64,000 nt of DNA from Rebecca billardiae RCC1528 (lineage: Eukaryota; Protista; Haptophyta): contig OZ251230.1 in the NCBI GenBank assembly GCA_965240325.2, positions 744,001-808,000 of the forward strand, given 5' to 3'. Position 1 is the stretch's first letter. Each line of letters opens with the position of its first letter. This document shows positions 37,501-48,800 of the stretch, piece by piece. Both the position numbers and the translations under genes were made by a program. The notes beneath the pieces are model-generated. The model saw nothing but the letters and a program-made list of their open reading frames with translations. It was not told where the DNA came from and ran no database searches.

Positions 37501-40500
37501 ATCGGCGCACGCGCGCCGATGCGTGCGCGCAAGACGGGGGTGCTGGAGCTTGCGGCGCGTGCATGCATGCTGCATCGCGTGTGCCATCGCACACGCCGCT
37601 CAGCCGCGCCCCGCCCCGCGCCCTCCCCTGCGCGCAGTGACACCCGCGTGGGTGACGAGGGTGCCACGCAGCTCGGCGCCGCCCTCGCGTCGGGCAAGAC
37701 GCGCCTGCGGGAGCTGTACCTCTGGTGAGCGCTGGGGTGGGCACTCGGCGCGGCGCGCGGTGCGTGGACGGTGGGCGGCGGGGGAGGAGGGTGGGTTGCG
37801 TGCGTTGTCACGGGCATCGATGCGCGCGAGCCCGGGCCACCACGCGCGCCCCGCGCCGAGCGCCGCGCCGTCGCCGCCGAGCGCGCCGCACGCTGCGGCA
37901 GTGGTCGCGCGCACACGCGAGCGCACACGCATCGGCGCACGCGCGCCGATGCGTGTGCGCGTGACGGGGTCGCGGGCGCTCGAGGCGCGCGCATGCATGC
38001 TGCATCGCGTGCGCCATTGCACACGCCGCTCAGCCGCGCCCCGCCCCGCGCCCTCCCCTGCGCGCAGTCGCACCGGCGTGGGTGACGAGGGTGCCACGCA
38101 GCTCGGCGCCGCCCTCGCGTCGGGCAAGACGCGCCTGCGGGTGCTGAGCCTCCAGTGAGCGCTGGGGTGGGCACTCGGCGCGGCGTGCGGCGCGTGGACG
38201 GTGGGTGGCGGGGGAGGAGGGTGGGTGGCGCACAGCACCATAGGCATCGATGCGCGCGAGCCCGGGCGGCCGCGCGCGCGCCGCGCCGAGCGCGGCGCCG
38301 CCACCACCGCGCACGGCGCACGCTGCGGCAGCGGCGGCGCGCACACGCGAGCGCGCGCGCATCGGCGCACGCGCGCCGATGAGTGCGCGCGTGTCGGGGG
38401 CGCGGGAGCTTGCGGCGCGCACGTTTGCATGCTGCATCACGTGCGCCATCGCACACGCCGCTCAGCCGCGCCCCGCCCCGCGCCCTCCCCTGCGCGCAGT
38501 CGCACCCGCGTGGGTGACGAGCGTGCCACGCAGCTCGGCGCCGCCCTCGCGTCGGGCAAGACGCGCCTGCGGGAGCTGCACCTCAAGTGAGCGCTGGGGT
38601 GGGCACTCGGCGCGGCGCGCGGTGCGCGGACGGTGGGCGGCGGGGCAGGAGGCTGGGTGGCGCGCATTGCCACGGGCATCGATGCGCACGAGCCCGGGCT
38701 GCCGCGCGCGCCCCGCGCCGAGCGCCGTGCCCCCGCCGCCGCGCGCGCCGCACGCGGCGGCGGCGGCGGTGCGCACACGCGAGCGCGCGCGCATCGGCGC
38801 ACGCGCGCCGATGCGTGTGCGCGTGACTGGGTCGCTGGCGCTCGAGGCGCGCGCATGCATGCTACATCGCGTGCGCCATCGCACATGCCGCTCAGCCGCG
38901 CCCCGCCCCGCGCCCTCCCCTGCGCGCAGTGAGACCGGCGTGGGTGACGAGGGTGCCACGCAGCTCGGCGCCGCCCTCGCGTCGGGCAAGACGCGCCTGC
39001 GGGTGCTGAACCTCGGGTGAGCGCTGGGGTGGGCACTCGGCGCGGCGCGCGGCGCGTGGACGGTGGGCGGCGGGGGAGGAGGGTGGGTGGCGTGCATGGT
39101 CACGGGCATCGATGCGCGCGAGCCCGGGCTACCGCGCGCGCCCCGCGCCGAGCGCCGCGCCGTCGCCGCCGCGCGCGCCGCACGCTGCGGCAGTGGTCGC
39201 GCGCACACGCGAGCGCACACGCATCGGCGCACGCGCGCCGATGCGTGTGCGCGTGACGGGGTCGCGGGCGCTCGAGGCGCGCGCATGCATGCTGCATCGC
39301 GTGCGCCATTGCACACGCCGCTCAGCCGCGCCCCGCCCCGCGCCCTCCCCTGCGCGCAGTCGCACCGGCGTGGGTGACGAGGGTGCCACGCAGCTCGGCG
39401 CCGCCCTCGCGTCGGGCAAGACGCGCCTGCGGGTGCTGAGCCTCCAGTGAGCGCTGGGGTGGGCACTCGGCGCGGCGTGCGGCGCGTGGACGGTGGGTGG
39501 CGGGGGAGGAGGGTGGGTGGCGCACAGCACCATAGGCATCGATGCGCGCGAGCCCGGGCGGCCGCGCGCGCGCCGCGCCGAGCGCGGCGCCGCCACCACC
39601 GCGCACGGCGCACGCTGCGGCAGCGGCGGCGCGCACACGCGAGCGCGCGCGCATCGGCGCACGCGCGCCGATGAGTGCGCGCGTGTCGGGGGCGCGGGAG
39701 CTTGCGGCGCGCACGTTTGCATGCTGCATCACGTGCGCCATCGCACACGCCGCTCAGCCGCGCCCCGCCCCGCGCCCTCCCCTGCGCGCAGTCGCACCCG
39801 CGTGGGTGACGAGGGTGCCACGCAGCTCGGCGCCGCCCTCGCGTCGGGCAAGACGCGCCTGCGGGTGCTGAGCCTCCAGTGAGCGCTGGGGTGGGCACTC
39901 GGCGCGGCGTGCGGCGCGTGGACGGTGGGTGGCGGGGGAGGAGGGTGGGTGGCGCACAGCACCATAGGCATCGATGCGCGCGAGCCCGGGCGGCCGCGCG
40001 CGCGCCGCGCCGAGCGCGGCGCCGCCACCACCGCGCACGGCGCACGCTGCGGCAGCGGCGGCGCGCACACGCGAGCGCGCGCGCATCGGCGCACGCGCGC
40101 CGATGCGTGTGCGCGTGACTGGGTCGCTGGCGCTCGAGGCGCGCGCATGCATGCTACATCGCGTGCGCCATCGCACATGCCGCTCAGCCGCGCCCCGCCC
40201 CGCGCCCTCCCCTGCGCGCAGTGAGACCGGCGTGGGTGACGAGGGTGCCACGCAGCTCGGCGCCGCCCTCGCGTCGGGCAAGACGCGCCTGCGGGTGCTG
40301 AACCTCTTGTGAGCGCTGGGGTGGGCACTCGGCGCGGCGCGCGGCGCGTGGACGGTGGGCGGCGGGGGAGGAGGCTGGGTGGCGATCATCGTCACGGGCA
40401 TCGATGCGCGCGAGCCCGGGCCGCCGCCGCGCGCGCCGCGCCGAGCGCCGCGCCGCCGCCGCCGCGCGCGCCGCACGCTGCGGCGGCGGCGGCACGCACA

Positions 40501-43500
40501 CGTGAGCGCGCGCGCATCGGCACACGCGCGCTGATGCGTGCGCGCGTGACGGGCGGGCGGGAGCTTGCGGCGCGCGCATGCATGCTGCATCGCGCGCGCC
40601 ATCGCACACGCCGCTCAGCCGCGCTCCGCCCCGCGCCCTCCCCTGCGCGCAGTCTCACCGGCGTGGGTGACGAGGGTGCCACGCAGCTCGGCGCCGCCCT
40701 CGCGTCGGGCAAGACGCGCCTGCGGAAGCTGGACCTCGAGTGAGCGCTGGGGTGGGCACTCGGCGCGGCGCGTGGTGCGTGGATGATGGACGGCGGGGGA
40801 GGAGGCTGGGTGACGCGCATCGTCACGGGCATCGATGCGCGCGAGCCCGGGCTGCCGCGCGCGCCCCGCGCCGAGCGCCGCGCCGCCGCCGCCGAGCGGG
40901 CCGCACGCTGCGGCAGCGGCGGCGCGCACACGCGAGCGCGCGCGCATCGGCGCACGCGCGCCGATGCGTGCGCGCGTGACGGGGGCGCGGGAGCTTGCGG
41001 CGCGCGCATGCATGCTGCCTCACGTGCGCCATCGCACACGCCGCTCAGCCGCGCCCCGCCCCGCGCCCTCCCCTGCGCGCAGTCGCACCGGCGTGGGTGA
41101 CGAGGGTGCCACGCAGCTCGGCGCCGCCCTCGCGTCGGGCAAGACGCGCCTGCGGGAGCTGAACCTCTAGTGAGCGCTGGGGTGGGCACTCGGCGCGGCG
41201 CGCGGCGCGTGGACGGTGGGCGGCGGGGGAGGAGGCTGGGTGGCGATCATCGTCACGGGCATCGATGCGCACGAGCCCGGGCTACCGCGCGCGCGCCGCG
41301 CCGAGCGCCGCGCCGCCGCGGCCGCGCGCGCCGCACGCTGCGGCAGCGGCGGCGCGCACACGCGAGCGCGCGCGCATCGGCGCACGCGCGCCGATGCGTG
41401 CGCGCGTGACGGGGGCGCGGGCGCTTGCGGCGCGCGCATGGATGCTGCATCGCGTGCGCCATCGCACACGCCGCTCAGCCGCGCCCCGCCCCGCGCCCTC
41501 CTCTGCGCGCAGTTACACCCCCGCGTCTGACGAGGTCAAGGAACGCGTCAATCAGGCCCTGGAGGCGAACAGTGCTCGGCTGCAGCAGGAGCCACCCAGG
41601 TGCAAGGGGGGGGGGGGGGGCACAACGCGCCGCGCCCGTGCATGCGCGGGGCGGGCGGGAAAGGGGGCAGCGGCTGGCTGTGATTGGCCGCCCCATGCGC
41701 AACGCACCCCGGCTCTGCCACCGCACGCCCGTGGCACGCGCTTGGCCGCCGCTCACGTGCGCACCTCGCCCACCGCCTGCCTGCGCGCGCAGTGATGACT
41801 CTGCTGACGACTCTGCTGATGACTCTGCTGACGACTCTGCTGACGACTCTGCTGACGACTCGGCCTCTGGCGACGAGGCGGAGGCGGAGGAGCCGGAGAC
41901 CGCGCTCGAGGCGCTCGCGGAGCGGCGGCGCGCTGCGGACGCCGCGCGCGCCGCGCTCGGCGCCGAGCAGGCGGCCATCCGCGCCGCCCTCGGCCGCGGC
42001 GGCGTGGACGAGGCGCGGCTGGCGCGGCGCGACGCGCGCCGTGCCGAGCTGGGCGCCGCGCTCGAGGCGCTCGGCGCGTGCGCGCTCGACGCGCACGCGG
42101 ACTCGCAGCAGCGCGCGGCGGCGCTGCGTCGCGAGGCGCGCGCGTTGCGCGCGGCGCTCGAGCGCGCGGGCACGCCAGAGCAGCCGCGCGCGCCAGCCGG
42201 CGACGGCTCCGCTCCGGCGCCCCTGCCGCCGCCTCGCGCGCTCGAGCGCGCGGTGGGCGCGGCGGTGCGCGCGCACGACGCCGCAGCGCCCACCTCAGGC
42301 GCGGGCGGTGGCGGCGCGGCGCTCGCTGCCGCGTGGGCGGAGGTGGCGCGCCAGGCCATCGCCCTCGCGGCGCGCGGCACGTACGCCGACGCGGACGACG
42401 GCGCGTGCGCCTCGGCGTGGGCGCTCGCCATGCCCGGCCTGTGCGACGCGGCGCGCGCTGCCGCCACAAGCGGCGGCGGCCTGACCGACGCGGCGCGCGC
42501 GCGCGCGGCCGCGTGCGACGAGCGCGCCGCAGTGGCCGAGCGCGCGCGCACGATCGCGCGCGAGGCGGAGGCGGAGGCGCGCGAGCTGCGCGCGCTGCCG
42601 TCCGCCGAGCGCGCGCACGGCGCGCACGAGCTGCGCGAGCGCGAGGAGGCGTGCAGGGCGGCGGCGCGCGCGCTGCGCCTCGCGCGCCACGCTTTAGAAA
42701 ACGCGCAGGACGACGGCGGCGACGTGGACGGCGCACAGCGCGCACTCGTCGACGCGCAGCGGCGCGCGCAGCGCACGCAGCGCGCGCGCGAGCGCTCGCT
42801 CGACCGCCTGTACGAGCTGGCGGGCGGGCCGTTCCCCGAGCTGCCCGCCATGCTGCCCGAGGCGTTCGACGGCGCGGGCGCGCTGCCCGCGGGCGCGCGG
42901 CCCGCGTGGCTGCACGGCCGCACGCTCGCGCAGTACGAGCCGTGCGAGTGGCCCGACGGCGCGGCGCCCGGCCGCGCGCGGCACGAGGTGCTGCTGCGCG
43001 CGTTCGCGGGCGAGCGCGTTGTGCTCAAGGTGTACCCGCTGGCGAGCGACACGGAGCGCCGGCTGCTCGGGCGCGAGGTGGAGTTTGCGCTGGCGCACGC
43101 GCACCCACACCTCGCGCGCGTGGCGGGCGTCTTTGTCGACGAGCCGCGCGGCGCGCGCTGCGCGCTCGTGCAGACGCCGCTCTACTCGGGCGGCACGCTG
43201 CGCGGCTGGCTCGAGCGCGACGAGGCGGCGGCGGGCTTGCCGCCCGAGGCGGTGCGCGGTGGCGCGGCGGGCGCGCGTATGCTCGAGCCGGCGCACGCGC
43301 GCGTCGCGCCCGTGCGCGTGCGCGCGCTGCGGCAGCTGCTGGGCGCGCTCGCGCACCTGCACGCGCGCGGCGCGGTGCACGGCGACGTGAAGCTCGAGAA
43401 CGCGTTCGTGCAGCTGCCGGGCGACGACGCGGCCGAGCGGCCGCTCGGCGCGGCCGAGCCGTTCCGCGTGCTGCTCGGCGACTTTGACCTGGCGCGCGTG

Positions 43501-44667
43501 GAGGAGGCGCTGCAGCACGCGGCTGGCGGCGGCGTGCCGAGCGCGACGACGCGCGCGGGCGCGGGCACCGAGGGCCACATGGCGCCCGAGCTGCTCGTGC
43601 CCGGCGCGCGCGCGAGCGCGGCGTCGGACGTGTTCGCGTTCGGCGTGTGCGTGCTGCGCGCGCTCGCGGCCGACGAGCCGACGCGCGCCGCGCTCGTGGG
43701 CTCGGTGCAGGGCGCGCGCGCCGCGGCGGCTGCGCTGGGCGAGCCGCTCGTCGTGGCCGCGCTGTCGGACGCGCCGGGCGCGCGGCCGAGCGCGGCGCAG
43801 CTCGAGGGCGCGGCGCTGTGGGCGGCGAGCGACGAGGCGCTGCGCGCGGCCGAGGCCGAGCGCGAGGCGGCGGCCGCGAGCGCGCGCGCCGCGCTGCGCA
43901 CGTGCGCGGTGTGCTTGGACGAGGAGGTGCCGCCGGACGAGTGCGCCGAGTGCGCGGGCGGCGGGCACGCGGTGTGCTCGCTCTGCCTCTCCACGCACGT
44001 GCAGCTGTGCGCGCAGCCCGACGGCGGCGGCGGCGCGACGCTCGACGCGGACGGGCGCGTGCCGTGCGTCGAGGTGGGCAGCGGCTGCGCGCACGCGTAC
44101 CTGGACGGCGAGCTCGCGCGCCGCACGACCGCCGCGGCGTTCGGCGCGTACTGGCGCGCGCGCGAGCAGCACGCCGAGGCGCGCGGCGAGGAGCGCGCGG
44201 CCGAGCGCGCGCGCGCCGAGGCCTTGCGCCTCGCGGCGCTCAGCGCGGCCGAGCGCGTGCGCGAGCAGCGGCGCGCGCACATCATCGATCATATCCTCAC
44301 GCTCAAGTGCCCGCGCTGCGGCATGGCGTTTGCCGAGTGGCTCGACGGCGCGCGCGGCTTCGACGGCTGCTGCGCGCTGCAGTGCGCGCGCGATCGGTGC
44401 GGCTGCCACTTCTGCGCCTACTGCCTCGCCGACTGCGGCGCCGACGCGCACCCGCACGTGCGCGGCTGCGAGCACGGCAACGGCACGTACTTTGCGCAGC
44501 GCGGCGAGTTTGAGGCGGCGCAGCGCGCGCGGCGTGAGCGCGCGCTGCGCCGCTACCTCGCCGACGAGGCGGGCGCGGACGACGCGGCGCGCCGAGCGAT
44601 CGTCGCGTCCGTCGAGCGCGAGCTGCGCGACCTCCGCATCGACCCAGACGCACTCGCGCGCGAGTGA
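34543..44667 (+). CDS. LRR - kinase - RING/RBR-like protein, copy 4 (15 LRR exons)
   Basis: Exons 34543-34733; LRR exons start at 35061, 35490, 35920, 36347, 36777, 37205 (90 nt), 37638, 38068, 38500, 38930, 39360, 39792, 40222, 40653, 41083; cap 41513-41599; terminal 41793-44667. Confidence 0.85.
34734..41512 (+). repeat. Intron + LRR-exon cassettes, array 4
   Basis: Same ~430-bp unit, 15 exons. Confidence 0.95.
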
Positions 44668-44940
44668 CCGGTGGGCCCCGGGGGCGTCGGCTGCGCGCAG
44701 CCAGGCGCGGGCGGGCACGTGGGCACGAGCTGAGCGCGATGATGCTCTGCGGGGGCCACGTGCGCGGATGCACCGCCACGCTGAACACGCTGGTGCCGAA
44801 TCGCACGTGGCGGCTGGGGGCGCTCACCCAGCTCCGCGCCGTCGAGAGCTCCGAGCCGGAGCTACGCCGGCCGCTGAGGGGCGTCGGGGAGAGGGATGAG
44901 ACGGAGGCGCGCGCAGCGACGATGCGCGGCTCGGTGGCTA

Positions 44941-45687
44941 CGCGCTCCAGTGAACGGCGCACGGTGAACGAGTTGGCGACCTTCTCCTTCGTGATGACGA
45001 TTAAATCGCTCAGCTTGCCGAGGAGGATCCCCGCCCACTTGTGCGCGTACCCGCTCGACGCGCCCACGGCGACCGCAGCGTCGGCGAGCTCGATCCCCGA
45101 TCGGATCAGCTCCTCGCGCCGCGCCGCGTCCTCGGCCGCCTGCTTGGACAGCTCGTAGCGCGCGCGCGCACGCCGCCAGAGGAGCTCGACGTCGTCAGCC
45201 GCGGGTGCAGCGGAGGCCTCCTGCTCGAGCAGTGCGTACAGCGCTTCGTATTCGCCCGCGGCGTGCATCTCGTCCGCGCGCGAGAAGCGCGCTGGGCTCT
45301 CTTCGAGGGGCGGTGCCATCTGCCCACTCGGCCTCTCGAGGCTGGTCGCACTCCCGGCGTCAGGTGAGGCCGAGCCGTCCAGTGCAGCCCGCGCTGCAGC
45401 CTCGCCCGGGGCGGTAGCATCGGGTTTGCGGCGGCGATAGAGCCGCAGCGGGGAAAGGCGCGAGAGAACCCGACGTACGCGGCCAGGCGGCGCTGAAGCT
45501 CCCTCCTCACGTTCCTCCTCGCAGGACGAATCCGCCGCATCATGGCAACACACGTGCGTGCAGGCGAAGGCGGCAGGAGCTTGCATCCGGGCGCGAGGGT
45601 CGGAGATGAGCCTGGCCAGTGCGTGCGAGGAATGTGGGCACCACCAAAGGGCACGGCGGCGATTACTAGCACGACGGCCAACCGCAT
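44941..45687 (-). pseudogene. RMD1-like copy 5, 3'-truncated with a 5' frameshift
   Basis: Nearly identical to copy 4 but without the MITE. Confidence 0.8.
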
Positions 45688-45864
45688 TACGCGGCCGTCC
45701 ACCGCCGCGGGAGATTGGGCAGCCATCAAGACGACTCGCCCTCGTCACGAAAAGGCAAAAGCTGAGACGAAATGAAAGGCTCGCATCCGGACCAGCAACC
45801 ACCGGAACTCCGGAAGGCATCGGCCACCAGCCTCGCCACTCTCGGAGGCGCCCAGTGCGACAGC

Positions 45865-48800
45865 ATGGCTGATGGCGTGGACGCGTCCCCGCTCGCGGAG
45901 CTCGCCAAGCTGTGGGGGAAAGGCGACGTGGCGGCGCTGCTCGAGGCGAGCGAGGTCAGCCTTGATGGCAACGCGGCTGTCTCTCAGGGCGTGCCGTGGC
46001 AGGGCGTGCTCCAGCTGCTCCTCACGTCCACACGCCTTGAGACACTCAACCTCTGGTGTGCGCAGAGCGGTGGGGCGGGCAGGTGGCGGCGCCACGTGGC
46101 GCGTGCAGACGGAGGCGTATGGGCACACACTGCCCTGCATGTGGCTGGCCCATCGGCACGTGTCAGCGCCGCTCCGGGTGCCGCGCCGCCGCCGCCGTGT
46201 ACGCCGCACGCGCTGCTCACAGCGGCACGTGCGCGCGAGCACACAGGCGGTGCACGCGCGGAGATGCGTGCGCGCGTGACGGGCGGGCGGGAGCTTGAGG
46301 CGCGCGCATGCATGCTGCATCGCGTGCGCCATCGCACACGCCGCTCAGCCGCGCCCCGCCCCGCGCCCTCCCCTGCGCGCAGTGAGACCGGCGTGGGTGA
46401 CGAGGGTGCCACGCAGCTCGGCGCCGCCCTCGCGTCGGGCAAGACGCGCCTGCGGGAGCTGGACCTCAGGTGAGCGCTGGGGTGGGCACTCCGCGCGGCG
46501 CGCGGCGCGTGGACGTTGGGTGGCGGGGGGGGAGGCTGGGTGGTGCGCATCGTCACGGGCATCGATGCGCACGAGCCCGGGCCGCCGCGCGCGCGCCGCG
46601 CCGAGCGCCGCGCCGCCGCCGCCGCGCGCGCCCGCGCGGCGGCGGCGGCGGCGCGCACACGCAAGCGCGCGCGCATCGGCGCACGCGCGCCGATGCGTGC
46701 GCGCGTGACGGGGGCGCGGGAGCTTGCGGCGCGCGCATGCATGCTGCCTCACGTGTACCATCGCACACGCCGCTCAGCCGCGCCCCGCCCCGCGCCCTCC
46801 CCTGCGCGCAGTGAGACCGGCGTGGGTGACGAGGGTGCCACGCAGCTCGGCGCCGCCCTCGCGTCGGGCAAGACGCGCCTGCGGGTGCTGGACCTCTGGT
46901 GAGCGCTGGGGTGGGCACTCGGCGCGGCGCGCGGCGCGTGGACGTTGGGTGTCGGGGGGGGAGGCTGGGTGGCGCGCGTTGTCGCGGGCATCGATGCGCA
47001 CGAGCCCGGGCTGCCGCGCGCGCGCCGCGCCGAGCGCCGTGCCCCCGCGGCCGCGCGCGCCGCCTTCGGCGGCGGCGGCGGCGCGCACACGCGAGCGCGC
47101 GCGCATCGGCGCACGCGCGCCGATGCGTGCGCGCGTGACGGGGGCGCGGGAGCGTGCGGCGCGCGTATGCATGCTGCATCGCGTGCGCCATCGCACACGC
47201 CGCTCAGCCGCGCCCCGCCCCGCGCCCTCCCCTGCGCGCAGTTTCACCGGCGTGGGTGACGAGGGTGCCACGCAGCTCGGCGCCGCCCTCGCGTCGGGCA
47301 AGACGCGCCTGCGGAAGCTGAACCTCGGGTGAGCGCTGGGGTGGGCACTCGGCGCGGCGCGCGGCGCGTGGACGGTGGGTGGCGGGGGGGGGGGCTGGGT
47401 GGCGCGCGTTGTCGCGGGCATCGATGCGCACGAGCCCGGGCTGCCGCGCGCGCGCCGCGCCGAGCGCCGTGCCGCCGCCGCCGCGCGCGCCGCACGCTGT
47501 GGCGGCGGCGCGCACACGCGAGCGCGCGCGCATCGGCGCACGCGCGCCGATGCGTGCGCGCGTGACGGGCGGGCGGGAGCTTGCGGCGCGCGCATGCATG
47601 CTGCATCGCGCGCGCCATCGCACACGCCGCTCAGCCGCGCTCCGCCCCGCGCCCTCCCCTGCGCGCAGTCTCACCGGCGTGGGTGACGAGGGTGCCACGC
47701 AGCTCGGCGCCGCCCTCGCGTCGGGCAAGACGCGCCTGCGGAAGCTGAACCTCGGGTGAGCGCTGGGGTGGGCACTCGGCGCGGCGCGCGGCGCGTGGAC
47801 GGTGGGTGGCGGGGGGGGGGGCTGGGTGGCGCGCGTTGTCGCGGGCATCGATGCGCACGAGCCCGGGCTGCCGCGCGCGCGCCGCGCCGAGCGCCGTGCC
47901 GCCGCGGCCGCGCGCGCCGCCTTCGGCGGCGGCGGCGGCGCGCACACGCGAGCGCGCGCGCATCGGCGCACGCGCGCCGATGCGTGCGCGCGTGACGGGG
48001 GCGCGGGAGCGTGCGGCGCGCGTATGCATGCTGCATCGCGTGCGCCATCGCACACGCCGCTCAGCCGCGCCCCGCCCCGCGCCCTCCCCTGCGCGCAGTT
48101 TCACCGGCGTGGGTGACGAGGGTGCCACGCAGCTCGGCGCCGCCCTCGCGTCGGGCAAGACGCGCCTGCGGGAGCTGGGCCTCTTGTGAGCGCTGGGGTG
48201 GGCACTCGGCGCGGCGCGCGGCGCGTGGACGGTGGGCGGCGGGGGAGGAGGGTGGTTGGCGTGCATCGTCACGGGCATCGATGCGCTCGAGCCCGGGCCG
48301 CCGCCGCGCGCGCCGCGCCGAGCGCCGCGCCGCCGCCGCCGCGCACGCCGCACGCTGCGGCGGCGGCACGCACACGCGAGCGCGCGCGCATCGGCGCACG
48401 CGCGCCGATGCGTGCGCGCGTGACGGGCGGGCGGGAGCTTGCGGCGCGCGCATGCATGCTGCATGGCGCGCGCCATCGCACACGCCGCTCAGCCGCGCTC
48501 CGCCCCGCGCTCTGCCCTGCGCGCAGTTGCACCGGCGTGGGTGACGAGGGTGCCACGCAGCTCGGCGCCGCCCTCGCGTCGGGCAAGACGCGCCTGCGGG
48601 TGCTGGGCCTCAGGTGAGCGCTGGGGTGGGCACTCGGCGCGGCGCGTGGTGCGTGGACGGTGGGCGGCGGGGGAGGAGGGTGGGTTGCGTGCGTTGTCAC
48701 GGGCATCGATGCGCGCGAGCCCGGGCCACCACGCGCGCCCCGCGCCGAGCGCCGCGCCGTCGCCGCCGCGCGCGCCGCACGCTGCGGCAGTGGTCGCGCG